A stretch of DNA of 28,479 bases from Candidatus Bipolaricaulota bacterium (GTDB lineage: Bacteria > Bipolaricaulota > Bipolaricaulia > UBA7950 > UBA9294): contig JBFMGK010000001.1 of NCBI GenBank assembly GCA_040752575.1, positions 1 to 28,479 of the forward strand, read 5' to 3'. The stretch's first letter is position 1. Each line of letters begins with the position of its first letter. Below are positions 9,037 through 17,785 of this stretch, piece after piece. The notes below the pieces were generated by a model. That model worked only from the letters and a program-made list of their open reading frames with translations, ran no database searches and had not been told where the DNA came from. The translations under genes were made by a program, and so were the position numbers.

Positions 9037-9041
9037 CGTCC

Positions 9042-9731
9042 CTACGCGTGGATGCGGGTCCCGACGCGGCAGCCCGCGGCGAGCGCGGCGAGCGCCTGCG
9101 GTTTCTCGAAGTCGAAGATCTCGATGGGGAGCTTGTGCTCGCGGCAGATCTCCACCGCGACGAAATCCATGACGCCGTAGCGCGCGGCGAGGAACTCGTC
9201 GAACGACACGTCGTCGAGGCGGCGGGCCTGGGGATCCTTGCCGGGGTCGCGGTCGTACAGCCCGGAGACGTTCGACGCCTTGGCCAGAAGGTCGGCCCCG
9301 ACCGAGACCGCTCGAATCGCGGCCGCCGTGTCCGTCGTGACCAGCGGGCTGCCCGTCCCGCCGGCGAAGATGACGATCGCTCCTGCATCGAGCGAGCGTC
9401 GCGCGTCGCGCGGGGCAATGGGATCTGTGAACTCGGTCGCCACGGCGGACTGAACGACCACATTGCGCCCCTCGGCCTCGAGGTACGTCCGAAGAGCCAA
9501 CGCGTTGAGGACGGTGGCCAGCATGCCCAGGGTGTCCGCCTCAACGCGGTCGAGGAGTTCGCTACGCGCGCCTCGGATGACGTTTCCGCCACCGACGACA
9601 ACGGCGATCGACGCGATGGGCGCGATCTCCTGGGAGATCCGGCGCAACGCTGCGGGGGAGAAAGCTCCCTCAGGACCCTTGAAAGCCTCGCCGCTGAGCT
9701 TGAGGAGGATTCGGGACGGCGCGGAGGCCAT
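9042..9731 (-). CDS. pyrH: Uridylate kinase
   Basis: RILLKLSGEA, VVVGGGNVIRG, ADTLGMLATVLNAL, GTGSPLVTTDTAAAIRA and VGTRI. Follows tsf. Confidence 0.95.
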   Translation of the reverse strand: MASAPSRILLKLSGEAFKGPEGAFSPAALRRISQEIAPIASIAVVVGGGNVIRGARSELLDRVEADTLGMLATVLNALALRTYLEAEGRNVVVQSAVATEFTDPIAPRDARRSLDAGAIVIFAGGTGSPLVTTDTAAAIRAVSVGADLLAKASNVSGLYDRDPGKDPQARRLDDVSFDEFLAARYGVMDFVAVEICREHKLPIEIFDFEKPQALAALAAGCRVGTRIHA

Positions 9732-9733
9732 CC

Positions 9734-10327
9734 CTACGCCCCGACCTCGAACCGGGCGAACCGCTTGATGAGGATGTTCTCGCCCGTCTTCGTGCGCAGG
9801 TCGGCCAGCAGGTCCTCAACGCGCACCGTCGGGTCTTTGGCAAACGCCTGCTTCACGAGGCATTGCTCCTCGGCGAAGCGCTTCAGGCGCCCCTCGATCG
9901 CCTTCTCGATGATGTTCTCGGGCTTCCCCTCTTTCTCGAGCTGCTTGCGGTAGACTTCCCGCTCGCTCTCGAGATCCGCCGCCGGGATGTCCTCGGGCGC
10001 GACATAGCGGGGGTTCGACGCCGCGACGTGCATGGCAAGATCCTTGGCGAAGCGCACGAAATCCTCGCTCTTGGCGGCGAAGTCCGTGTTGGCGGCAACT
10101 TCCACCATCGCCCCGATCCGCGCGCTGTGATGCACGTAACACTCGACGCGACCTTCCTTGGCCTCGCGCCCCTGCTGCCCCATGAGTTCCAGTCCCTGCT
10201 CGCGCAGGATCTGCTTCGCGCGCGCGAAGTCGCCGCCGGCGTCGAGAAGGGCCTTCTTGCAGTCCATCATGCCCACGCCGGTTTCGGCTCGCAGTTTCTG
10301 CACGTCCTCTGCTCTGATCGTGGCCAT
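9734..10327 (-). CDS. tsf: Translation elongation factor Ts (short ~200-aa form)
   Basis: VQKLRAETGVGMMDCKKAL, EGRV, NTDFAAK, LAMHVAA, KPENIIEK and GENILIKRFARF. Confidence 0.96.
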   Translation of the reverse strand: MATIRAEDVQKLRAETGVGMMDCKKALLDAGGDFARAKQILREQGLELMGQQGREAKEGRVECYVHHSARIGAMVEVAANTDFAAKSEDFVRFAKDLAMHVAASNPRYVAPEDIPAADLESEREVYRKQLEKEGKPENIIEKAIEGRLKRFAEEQCLVKQAFAKDPTVRVEDLLADLRTKTGENILIKRFARFEVGA

Positions 10328-10330
10328 GGA

Positions 10331-11146
10331 CTACGCACTCCCTTCGGTATCCGCGCTGTCCTCTTCGGGCGCAAGCGCCTCGAGGATCGATGCGTCGTCG
10401 ACGGCCTGCGTCTCAGAGGGCTCTCCCTCCGTTTTCGCCTTCGGATGGGACGGCCCATCCTGGCGTCCTTCGCGACCCTCGAGGACCGCGTCGGCGATGC
10501 GCGCCGTGATGAGCTTCGTGGCCTTGATCGCGTCGTCGTTGCCGGGGATCAGGTAGTCGATCGGATCAGGATTGCAGTTCGTATCGACAATCGCAATGAC
10601 GGGGATTCCGAGGAGGTTCGCCTCGTGGACGGCGTTGAGTTCGACGTCGGGATCGATGATGTAAAGGACGTCGGGGCGTCGCTCCATGTGACGCAACCCA
10701 TCAAGGTTTCGCTGCAGCTTCGACAACTCGCGTCGCAACCGGCTGGCTTCCTTGTTGGGCATGTGTTCGACGGTTCCGTCTTCCACCATCGCCTCGAGCT
10801 TCTTCATGCGCTCGATGCTCAGCTTGATGGTCGGGAAGTTCGTGAGGGTGCCGCCCAACCATCGGCGGTTGACGTAATGAGCGCTGCAGCGCTCCGCTTC
10901 CTCGGCAATCGTAGGCTGGACTTGCTTCTTCGTCCCGACGAACAGGACCTCTCCGCCGGCCGCGACGCGATCGCGCACGACGTAGTACGCGCGCTTGAAC
11001 ATGTCGACCGTCTGTTCAAGGTCGATGATGTGGATCCCCTTGCGCTCGGTGAAGATGTAGCGCGCCATCTTGGGGTTCCACTTGCGCGTGCGATGTCCGA
11101 AATGGACTCCGGTTTCGAGCAACTCCTTCATCGTTAGGACTTCCAC
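10331..11146 (-). CDS. rpsB: 30S ribosomal protein S2
   Basis: [40 protein letters not shown] and [11 protein letters not shown] 11146 chosen because GGAGG lies 5 nt upstream. Confidence 0.96.
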   Translation of the reverse strand: MEVLTMKELLETGVHFGHRTRKWNPKMARYIFTERKGIHIIDLEQTVDMFKRAYYVVRDRVAAGGEVLFVGTKKQVQPTIAEEAERCSAHYVNRRWLGGTLTNFPTIKLSIERMKKLEAMVEDGTVEHMPNKEASRLRRELSKLQRNLDGLRHMERRPDVLYIIDPDVELNAVHEANLLGIPVIAIVDTNCNPDPIDYLIPGNDDAIKATKLITARIADAVLEGREGRQDGPSHPKAKTEGEPSETQAVDDASILEALAPEEDSADTEGSA

Positions 11147-11178
11147 ATCACCCTCCAGGCTCACGGCTTGTTTGGCGA

Positions 11179-11207
11179 AGTATACAAGGCCCGCAACAGG
11201 GCTTCAA
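11179..11207 (-). promoter_or_regulatory. Sigma70-type promoter for rpsB-tsf-pyrH
   Basis: On the minus strand: TTGAAG (11207-11202), 17 nt, TATACT (11184-11179). Confidence 0.7.
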
Positions 11208-11258
11208 TCCAGGGATTGCGCCCCCGTGTGGGCTGGCCGCCGCCGCGCTGCTCTTGCG

Positions 11259-11287
11259 TTCCACGTTCGCGACGGGCGTCGTATAAT
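11259..11287 (+). promoter_or_regulatory. Probable sigma70-type promoter for dnaB
   Basis: Perfect TATAAT at 11282-11287, 15 nt before the ATG. Weak -35 (TTCCAC) at 17-nt spacing. Confidence 0.55.
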
Positions 11288-11302
11288 GCCCTGCGTTGAC
11301 CG

Positions 11303-12718
11303 ATGAGACAACCCGACGGCCCCCCCAGCTCGAGAGACGGCGTGCGGGAGCTTCCGAAGAACCTTGAGGCCGAGCAAATGGTGCTGGGCGCAGCCCTTCT
11401 CGACCCCGGGGGAAGCGTCCCCCTCCTCGTCGAACGTTTGACCCCCGAATCGTTCTACCAAGAACGGCACCGGGTCGTCTTCCGAGCGGTCCGGGATCTA
11501 TTCTCGCGCCACGAGCTTGCCGACGTGGTGTCGGTCGCCAACCGCCTCGACGAACTCGGCGATACGGACCGCGCCGGAGGGCGCGTCTATCTCAACGAAC
11601 TCGTCGGCCATGCCGCGACGACCGCCTCTCTGGAGCACTACATCGGCATCCTGCGTCGCAAGGCCACGCTGCGCGCCATCATCAGCGCCGGCGGCGAGAT
11701 CGCAGAGTCCGGGTACGACGAGGTGAACGAGACGCATGAGGTGCTCGATCGCGCAGAGTCCCTCCTCTTCAGAATCTCGGACGCCAATCTCGATCGGAAC
11801 TACGTTCCGGTGAGGGACTTCCTCTTCGAGCACATCGACGAGCTCGAGAAGATGCACCAGGACCCTAAGGCACGCGCATTGCGCGGCCTCTCGACGGGGT
11901 TTCGCTCTCTCGATGGGCTCACCTCCGGCCTGCAGAAATCCGACCTCATCATCGTTGCCGGGCGTCCTGGAACGGGAAAGACCAGTTTGGCCCTAACGTT
12001 CGCGCGGCACGCCGCCCTCCGGGGAAAGGCGTCGGTCGCGATTTTCTCGCTCGAAATGACCAAGGAGCAGCTTCTGGAACGCCTCCTCTGCGGCGAGGGG
12101 AAGCTGAGCCTCAAGCAGTTGCGCGAGGGATACTTGCCGCGCAGCAAGTGGCGGGAGATCGCGAACGCCGCAGGGCGATTCCACCAGACGCAAATCATCG
12201 TCGACGACACTCCAGGCATCTCTGTTCTCGAGATCCGAGCGAAGTCACGTCAGATCGCCCGGCAGTACGGACTGGATATGATCATTGTCGACTACGTCCA
12301 GCTCGTCGACGCGGGGATCCGCGCCGACGTCCGCGAGCAGGAGATCGCCTTCATCTCACGCTCGATGAAGCGACTGGCTCGCGACATGAATGTGCCCGTC
12401 GTCGCGGTCGCGCAGCTCAGCCGTGCGGTGGAGCGGCGCGAGTCCAAGAAGCCCGTTCTGTCAGATCTTCGGGAGAGCGGAGCCCTCGAACAGGACGCTG
12501 ACGTCGTCATGTTCATCTACCGTGACGACTACTACGCCCAAGCCGCCGACGCCGAGGACGAAAGCGCGCAGCCGGCGGGCTCCGAGGCGGAGATCATCGT
12601 CGCGAAACAGCGCCACGGCCCGACGGGACTGGTTAAGGTGTACTTCAATAAGGTGTACGCGAGTTTCTACCCCCTCGCGGGGTCGGACGAGCAGGGTCAG
12701 AGCGGCGGCGGTGGCTGA
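11303..12718 (+). CDS. dnaB: Replicative DNA helicase DnaB
   Basis: LPKNLEAEQMVLGA, GLSTGF, LIIVAGRPGTGKT, FSLEM, IVDYVQL, QLSRAVE, SDLRESGALEQDAD and AKQRHGPTG. No intein. Confidence 0.97.
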   Translation: MRQPDGPPSSRDGVRELPKNLEAEQMVLGAALLDPGGSVPLLVERLTPESFYQERHRVVFRAVRDLFSRHELADVVSVANRLDELGDTDRAGGRVYLNELVGHAATTASLEHYIGILRRKATLRAIISAGGEIAESGYDEVNETHEVLDRAESLLFRISDANLDRNYVPVRDFLFEHIDELEKMHQDPKARALRGLSTGFRSLDGLTSGLQKSDLIIVAGRPGTGKTSLALTFARHAALRGKASVAIFSLEMTKEQLLERLLCGEGKLSLKQLREGYLPRSKWREIANAAGRFHQTQIIVDDTPGISVLEIRAKSRQIARQYGLDMIIVDYVQLVDAGIRADVREQEIAFISRSMKRLARDMNVPVVAVAQLSRAVERRESKKPVLSDLRESGALEQDADVVMFIYRDDYYAQAADAEDESAQPAGSEAEIIVAKQRHGPTGLVKVYFNKVYASFYPLAGSDEQGQSGGGG

Positions 12719-12778
12719 ACGCGTCGGACCTCGTATACTCACGCCCGGGGTGAGGCCAAGGTCTGACGGGAGGAATCT

Positions 12779-13156
12779 ATGGCATATCCAACGGCGTATC
12801 GTTACAGCAAAGACCACGAGTGGGTGCACGTCGAAGGCCAGCGTGTCCGCATCGGGATCACGGCGCATGCTCAGAGCGAGCTAGGGGACGTTGTGTTCGT
12901 CGAGTTGCCTCCGATGGGATCGGTCGTCAAGCAGGGCGGGAGACTCGGGACGGTCGAGTCCGTCAAGGCGGTGAGCGACGTGTACGCGCCGATCGGCGGT
13001 AAGGTTGTGGAGGTCAACGTTGCTCTCGAGTCCTCTCCCGACCTTGTGAATTCGTCCCCGCACGAGGCAGGCTGGATCGCGATCCTTGAACCCGAGAGCC
13101 CCTCGCAGATCGACGCCCTGCTCGACGCCGCGGCCTACGAAGCTCTTGTCGCCTGA
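12779..13156 (+). CDS. gcvH: Glycine cleavage system H protein
   Basis: YSKDHEWV, GITAHAQSELGDVVFVELP, lipoyl-Lys motif VESVKAVSD and VNSSPH..GW. GGGAGG SD; TATACT at 12734-12739. Confidence 0.96.
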   Translation: MAYPTAYRYSKDHEWVHVEGQRVRIGITAHAQSELGDVVFVELPPMGSVVKQGGRLGTVESVKAVSDVYAPIGGKVVEVNVALESSPDLVNSSPHEAGWIAILEPESPSQIDALLDAAAYEALVA

Positions 13157-13175
13157 CCCCGTAACGGAGTTCGAG

Positions 13176-14495
13176 ATGCGATACATCCAGCGGGACTCGA
13201 TGGAGCAACGCAAGATGCTGGAGACCGTGGGGGTAGCGTCTCTCGACGCTCTGTTCTCCGACATTCCCCGCGAGGTCCTGAGTCGCTTCGAGCCCATCGG
13301 ACTGCCGGGGCGCAGCGAACTCGAGGTGTTCGAGCACTTCTCTCGCCTCGCAGAGGCGAACGGGGCCGCGACGGGCGTTTCCCTCTTGGGCGGCGGGGTC
13401 TACGACCACTACGTGCCCCGCGCGGTGGCCCACGTTCTGGGGCGCTCGGAGTTCTACACGGCCTACACGCCGTATCAGCCCGAGATCAGCCAGGGGACGC
13501 TGACCGCCATGTTCGAGTTCCAGACGATGGTGTGCGAACTCACGGGCATGGAGATCGCCAATGCCTCGATGTACGACGGCGCCACGGCGCTGGCCGAAGC
13601 CGTCCTGATGGCCAACCGCATTCGCGGTTACGGGCGCGTGGCCGTCTCCCAAGCTCTTGGCGCTCCTCTGCGGCGCGTGCTCGACACCTACTGCTGGGCC
13701 GCGGGCATCGAGGTTCTCGACGTTCCTTTCGGGGAATCCGGGCAGACACGCACCGAGAGCCTTCCGGCTGACGTCTCCGCCTTCGTTATCCAGTCGCCGA
13801 ATGCACTCGGGGTTCTTGAACCGCTGAACGGCGTGAAGGACCGCCTGGGACAGGCTTTCCTTGTCGTCTCGACGTATCCCTTGGCTCTTGGCCTTCTGGA
13901 ACCCCCCGGATCCTTCGGGGCAGATGTCGTGGTTGGCGAGGGCCAGTCGCTCGGCCTGCCCATGGGATTCGGCGGACCCCTTCTGGGGTTGTTTGCGACG
14001 CGCAAGGAGTATCTGCGCCAGATCCCGGGCAGGGTTGCGGGGCGAACGCTCGACGCATCGGGAGCCGTCGGCTACACGATGGCGGCTCAGACGCGCGAAC
14101 AGCACATTCGCCGCGAGCGTGCGACCTCGAATATCTGCACGAACTCGGCTCTCTGTGCCCTGGCGGCGACGGTCTACCTCGCGATTCTCGGATCGGGCGG
14201 GCTCCGCCAGGTGGCGCAGCTCAACTTCGAGCGAGCTCACGACCTCGCGGAAACCCTCGCACGGCGCGGGTGCACGTTCCCGTTCGACGGCCCCTTCTTC
14301 AACGAGTTCGTCGTTCGACCGAAGGACGGCGCGGGCGCAGCGCACGCTCGACTCACGGCCGCCGGATTCGTCGTCGAGGCCTCCCAGGCCCTAACGGCGT
14401 ACGGCGTGAACGACGCCTTGCGATTGGCGATCACCGAACGCCGGACGGACGAAGAACTCCGCCGCGTGGCCGATCTGCTCGGAGGTACGTCATGA
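13176..14495 (+). CDS. gcvPA: Glycine dehydrogenase (decarboxylating) subunit 1
   Basis: EFYTAYTPYQPEISQGTL, NASMYDGATALAEA, GFGGP and QTREQHIRRERATSNICTN. Start ATG 13176 (MRYI). Confidence 0.95.
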   Translation: MRYIQRDSMEQRKMLETVGVASLDALFSDIPREVLSRFEPIGLPGRSELEVFEHFSRLAEANGAATGVSLLGGGVYDHYVPRAVAHVLGRSEFYTAYTPYQPEISQGTLTAMFEFQTMVCELTGMEIANASMYDGATALAEAVLMANRIRGYGRVAVSQALGAPLRRVLDTYCWAAGIEVLDVPFGESGQTRTESLPADVSAFVIQSPNALGVLEPLNGVKDRLGQAFLVVSTYPLALGLLEPPGSFGADVVVGEGQSLGLPMGFGGPLLGLFATRKEYLRQIPGRVAGRTLDASGAVGYTMAAQTREQHIRRERATSNICTNSALCALAATVYLAILGSGGLRQVAQLNFERAHDLAETLARRGCTFPFDGPFFNEFVVRPKDGAGAAHARLTAAGFVVEASQALTAYGVNDALRLAITERRTDEELRRVADLLGGTS

Positions 14496-15949
14496 GTACT
14501 CTCTTCGACCTCGCGTCCTCGACCCGCGAACCCGCGGGGGGGGTCGTCCCGCGTCCGCGCTGGACCGACGAGGAGGTTGCCGCTCGCCTTGACGGCCGCC
14601 TCCTGCGCCGTCGCGCTCTTCGCCTGCCGAACCTCCCCGAAGGGACCGTCGTGCGACACTACACGCGGCTGTCGAAACTCAACTACGGCGTGGACGACGG
14701 GATCTACCCTCTCGGGAGCTGCACGATGAAGTACAACCCCAAGCTCAACGAGGACATCGCGCGACTGCCGGGCCTGACCCAGGTCCACCCCCTCGCCGAC
14801 GCGTCGCTCGTGCAAGGAACGCTCGAGTTCCTTGCCGAACTCACGCGCCTTCTCGCGAGGATCGCCGGCATGGCCGACGTCACGCTCCAGCCCGTCGCAG
14901 GTGCACACGGAGAGCTCACGGGCATGTTCCTGTTCAAGAAGTACTTCGAGTCGCGCGGCGAGACGAAGCGCGTCCGCATCCTTCTTCCGGATTCGGCGCA
15001 CGGGACGAATCCCGCGTCGGCGGCCGTCGCCGGGTTCGAGGTCACCGAGATCCCATCGAACGCATCCGGAACGGTCGATCTTGCCGCCTTGCGGGCCGAA
15101 CTCGACGCGTCGGTCGCCGGCATCATGCTCACCGTGCCCAATACGTTGGGCATCTTCGAAGAGAGTATTCTCGACATCACGGCAGCCGTTCACGAGGCCG
15201 GAGCCCTGGCGTACTTCGACGGTGCGAACCTGAATGCGTACATCGGCCGCGCGCGCCCCGGCGACATGGGAGCGGACGTCTTCCACTTCAATCTGCACAA
15301 GACGTTGTCCACGCCCCACGGTGGGGGAGGTCCCGGCGCCGGGCCCGTCGCCGTGTCAGCGCAGCTTTCGGAGCACCTTCCCGTGCCCCGCATCGTTCGG
15401 CGGGAAGGGAAGTACGCACTCGATTGGGAAGCCCCTGCATCCATCGGAAGCGTCCACTCGTTCTACGGAAACGTGCTCGTGGCGGCACGCGCCTATGCCT
15501 ATCTGCTCCATCTCGGCGACGAGGGCCTCCGCGCCGTGAGTGAGAACGCCGTTCTCAACGCCAACTACCTCCAGGCGCGGCTCAAGAACTCGTTCCCTCT
15601 GCCGTACGATCGCCTGTGCAAGCACGAGTTCGTGCTTTCGGGCGGCGAACTCCCCAACCATCTCTCGACGCTCGACGTCGCCAAGCGCCTCATCGACTAC
15701 GGCATCCACCCGCCGACGGTGTACTTCCCGCTGATCGTTCGCGAAGCCATGATGATCGAGCCTACGGAGACCGAAGACCGCGCCGCCCTGGACCGCTTTG
15801 TCGAGGTCATGGAGACCATCGCCCGCGAGGCCCGCGACGAGCCCGATCGGCTACGCGAGGCCCCCATCAAGGCTCCTGTGAGACGCCTCGACCAGACCCT
15901 GGCTGCGCGGAGCCCCGTCCTCACGCACCCGTTTCCCGAGGAAGCCTAG
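14492..15949 (+). CDS. gcvPB: Glycine dehydrogenase (decarboxylating) subunit 2
   Basis: YPLGSCTMKYNP, GAHGE, SAHGTNPASA, PLP-Lys motif NLHKTLSTPHGGGGPG and MIEPTETE. GGAGG SD; ATGA overlap with gcvPA. Confidence 0.95.
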   Translation: MSTLFDLASSTREPAGGVVPRPRWTDEEVAARLDGRLLRRRALRLPNLPEGTVVRHYTRLSKLNYGVDDGIYPLGSCTMKYNPKLNEDIARLPGLTQVHPLADASLVQGTLEFLAELTRLLARIAGMADVTLQPVAGAHGELTGMFLFKKYFESRGETKRVRILLPDSAHGTNPASAAVAGFEVTEIPSNASGTVDLAALRAELDASVAGIMLTVPNTLGIFEESILDITAAVHEAGALAYFDGANLNAYIGRARPGDMGADVFHFNLHKTLSTPHGGGGPGAGPVAVSAQLSEHLPVPRIVRREGKYALDWEAPASIGSVHSFYGNVLVAARAYAYLLHLGDEGLRAVSENAVLNANYLQARLKNSFPLPYDRLCKHEFVLSGGELPNHLSTLDVAKRLIDYGIHPPTVYFPLIVREAMMIEPTETEDRAALDRFVEVMETIAREARDEPDRLREAPIKAPVRRLDQTLAARSPVLTHPFPEEA

Positions 15950-17286
15950 GCAAAGGCCTGCAACTCTCGCGTGAGTCGCTCTGCCGCGGAACGGCACGCG
16001 TCTTCAGCCTGTTCAGCGTCCTCAGCCTCAACGAACACGCGAACCACAGGTTGCGTGCCGGATCTTCGGATGATGACGCGCCCTCGTCCTCCGAGCCGGC
16101 CCAAGGCTTCAGCTTCGACTTCCTCGAACAGAACCGAAGATGCGGAAGCGGAGCCAAGGCCGGAGCATGGAACGTTGTGCTGGGCCTGGGGATAGAGCGG
16201 GATCTGGGACGCGAGGCGCTCGAACGATGCTCCGGCCTCGTGGGCGACCTCGAGAAGCTTCACCGCCGTGAGGATGCCGTCGCCGGTCGGTGCGTGATCG
16301 GCGAAGATGATGTGCCCGGAGGGCTCGCCGCCGAGACGCGCAGCGCGGGCCATCATGGCCTGGGCGACGTTCCGGTCGCCTACGGGCGTCCGGACCAGCT
16401 CGATTCCCTCCTCCCGAAGTCGCGACTCGAGGCCGTAGTTCGCGAGGATGGTCGACACCACGGCCGGCGGCACGAGCCCGCCGTGTCGCGCGTAGTGCAG
16501 GGCGACAATGCCCAGGACGTGGTCTCCATCGATCGTTCGTCCATCTGGCGCCACGAGCAGCACGCGGTCGCCGTCGCCATCGAAGGCGACGCCGAGATCG
16601 GCATGGTAGTCTCGGACCGCCTGCCGCAACGGCCCAAGGTGCGTGGACCCACAGCCGACGTTGATTCTGCAGCCGTCCGGCACGGCGTGAAGTTCTTCCA
16701 CGCGGGCCCCGAGGTGCCGGAACACCCGAGGTGCGATGAGACTGGTTGCCCCGTAGGCGCAATCCGCGACGAGCGTGAGCCCCGAGAGGTCGACGCTCTC
16801 GCCGTCAATCGCCCCGGTAAGAAACGCCGCATAGCGCGAGGCCGCCGCCTCGATCGGCTCAATCGTCCCGACGCGGCGCGACGGCGGCAGCAACTCCGAG
16901 AGGAGAGCCTCGACTTGCGCCTCTTGATCGACGGTCAGTTTGCGCCCCGCCGAATCGAACAGCTTGATCCCGTTATCCTCCGGCGGATTGTGGGACGCGC
17001 TAAGCACGGCCCCCAGGTCGGCGCGCTCGTCTTTGATCAGAAACGAAATGGCCGGCGTCGGAATCACCCCAGCCAGTCCCACATCGACTCCTGAGGACGC
17101 GAAGCCGGCTGCGAGGGCCGCCTCGAGCATCGGCCCGCTCGTTCGCGAGTCCCGTCCGACGATGACCCTGCCTCCGCTCGGCAAGAGCGCGGCGACGGCA
17201 GCACGTGCCACCGCCAGCGCGAGTTCGGGGGTAAGGTCGGCATTCGCCACCCCACGGACGCCATCCGTTCCGAAGAGGGGCGTCAT
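15946..17286 (-). CDS. glmM: Phosphoglucosamine mutase
   Basis: LFGTDGVRG, GRDSRTSG, phospho-Ser loop SASHNP, DNGIK, DGDGDR, VGDRNV, GGEPSGH and RRSGTQP. Confidence 0.93.
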   Translation of the reverse strand: MTPLFGTDGVRGVANADLTPELALAVARAAVAALLPSGGRVIVGRDSRTSGPMLEAALAAGFASSGVDVGLAGVIPTPAISFLIKDERADLGAVLSASHNPPEDNGIKLFDSAGRKLTVDQEAQVEALLSELLPPSRRVGTIEPIEAAASRYAAFLTGAIDGESVDLSGLTLVADCAYGATSLIAPRVFRHLGARVEELHAVPDGCRINVGCGSTHLGPLRQAVRDYHADLGVAFDGDGDRVLLVAPDGRTIDGDHVLGIVALHYARHGGLVPPAVVSTILANYGLESRLREEGIELVRTPVGDRNVAQAMMARAARLGGEPSGHIIFADHAPTGDGILTAVKLLEVAHEAGASFERLASQIPLYPQAQHNVPCSGLGSASASSVLFEEVEAEALGRLGGRGRVIIRRSGTQPVVRVFVEAEDAEQAEDACRSAAERLTRELQAFA

Positions 17287-17744
17287 AGGAACTCCCACGC
17301 CCCGGCAACGGTCAGCATCGGCAAGGGAAACGCCAGGGGGTAAAGAAACTCGCCAGCAATCCCCAGAGAAAGCCGGGAGAAGACGGGCGAGCCGAACGCG
17401 ATGCCCACCCCGGCCGCAACCGATGGAAGCCAGCGCAACGGGTCCAGAGACGACAGCGCAGCCGTCAACCGCAAGAAGCTCTCGCCACGGCCGCCGGACT
17501 CAGCCAGTCGGACGTCGGCCGACAGCGTGATGAGAGCCCTCCCGTCCGCCGCGAGAAACAGCGTTGCCGCTCCCCGGCCGAACGCCATCGATGCCGATGC
17601 CTCGACCCCCAAGAGCGCGGGCATTCCTCCCACCGGAAGCACGAACCGCAGACCGATCGAGCGGAACGCAGCGCAAGCGGAAAGACTCCCCGCGATCAGA
17701 AGACCGGCAAAGCAACCCGCTGCGACGGCGCCACGCAGCTTCAT
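17283..17744 (-). CDS. Exported hypothetical protein, possible small outer-membrane beta-barrel
   Basis: Signal-peptide-like N-terminus, amphipathic strand-like segments and a C-terminal WEFL. ATGA overlap with glmM; TAGACT 8 nt upstream of the ATG. Confidence 0.6.
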   Translation of the reverse strand: MKLRGAVAAGCFAGLLIAGSLSACAAFRSIGLRFVLPVGGMPALLGVEASASMAFGRGAATLFLAADGRALITLSADVRLAESGGRGESFLRLTAALSSLDPLRWLPSVAAGVGIAFGSPVFSRLSLGIAGEFLYPLAFPLPMLTVAGAWEFL

Positions 17745-17785
17745 GGTGCCGGAGTCTACCCGAACCCCGCCGGGCTCGCGAGCGA

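Noticed and set aside
8712..9041. Spacer as RNase P RNA, tmRNA, SRP RNA, tRNA or hammerhead ribozyme
   Set aside because: Size fits RNase P or tmRNA, but GAGGAAAGUCC, ACAGAA-CGGCUUA, a T-loop with CCA end, the SRP GGAA domain and the CUGANGA/GAAA core are absent on both strands.
9734..10327. Short 197-aa EF-Ts as a truncation
   Set aside because: The short form is a known complete type (Thermus, Thermotoga, cyanobacteria), and both termini are intact.
11303..12718. Intein or frameshift in DnaB (PolA and RecG also checked)
   Set aside because: Lengths are normal and the motifs are contiguous with no insertion.
12719..12778. Glycine riboswitch or terminator upstream of gcvH
   Set aside because: The gap is only 60 nt. 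It has one short CTCAC/GTGAG hairpin with no U-tract and no glycine-aptamer consensus.
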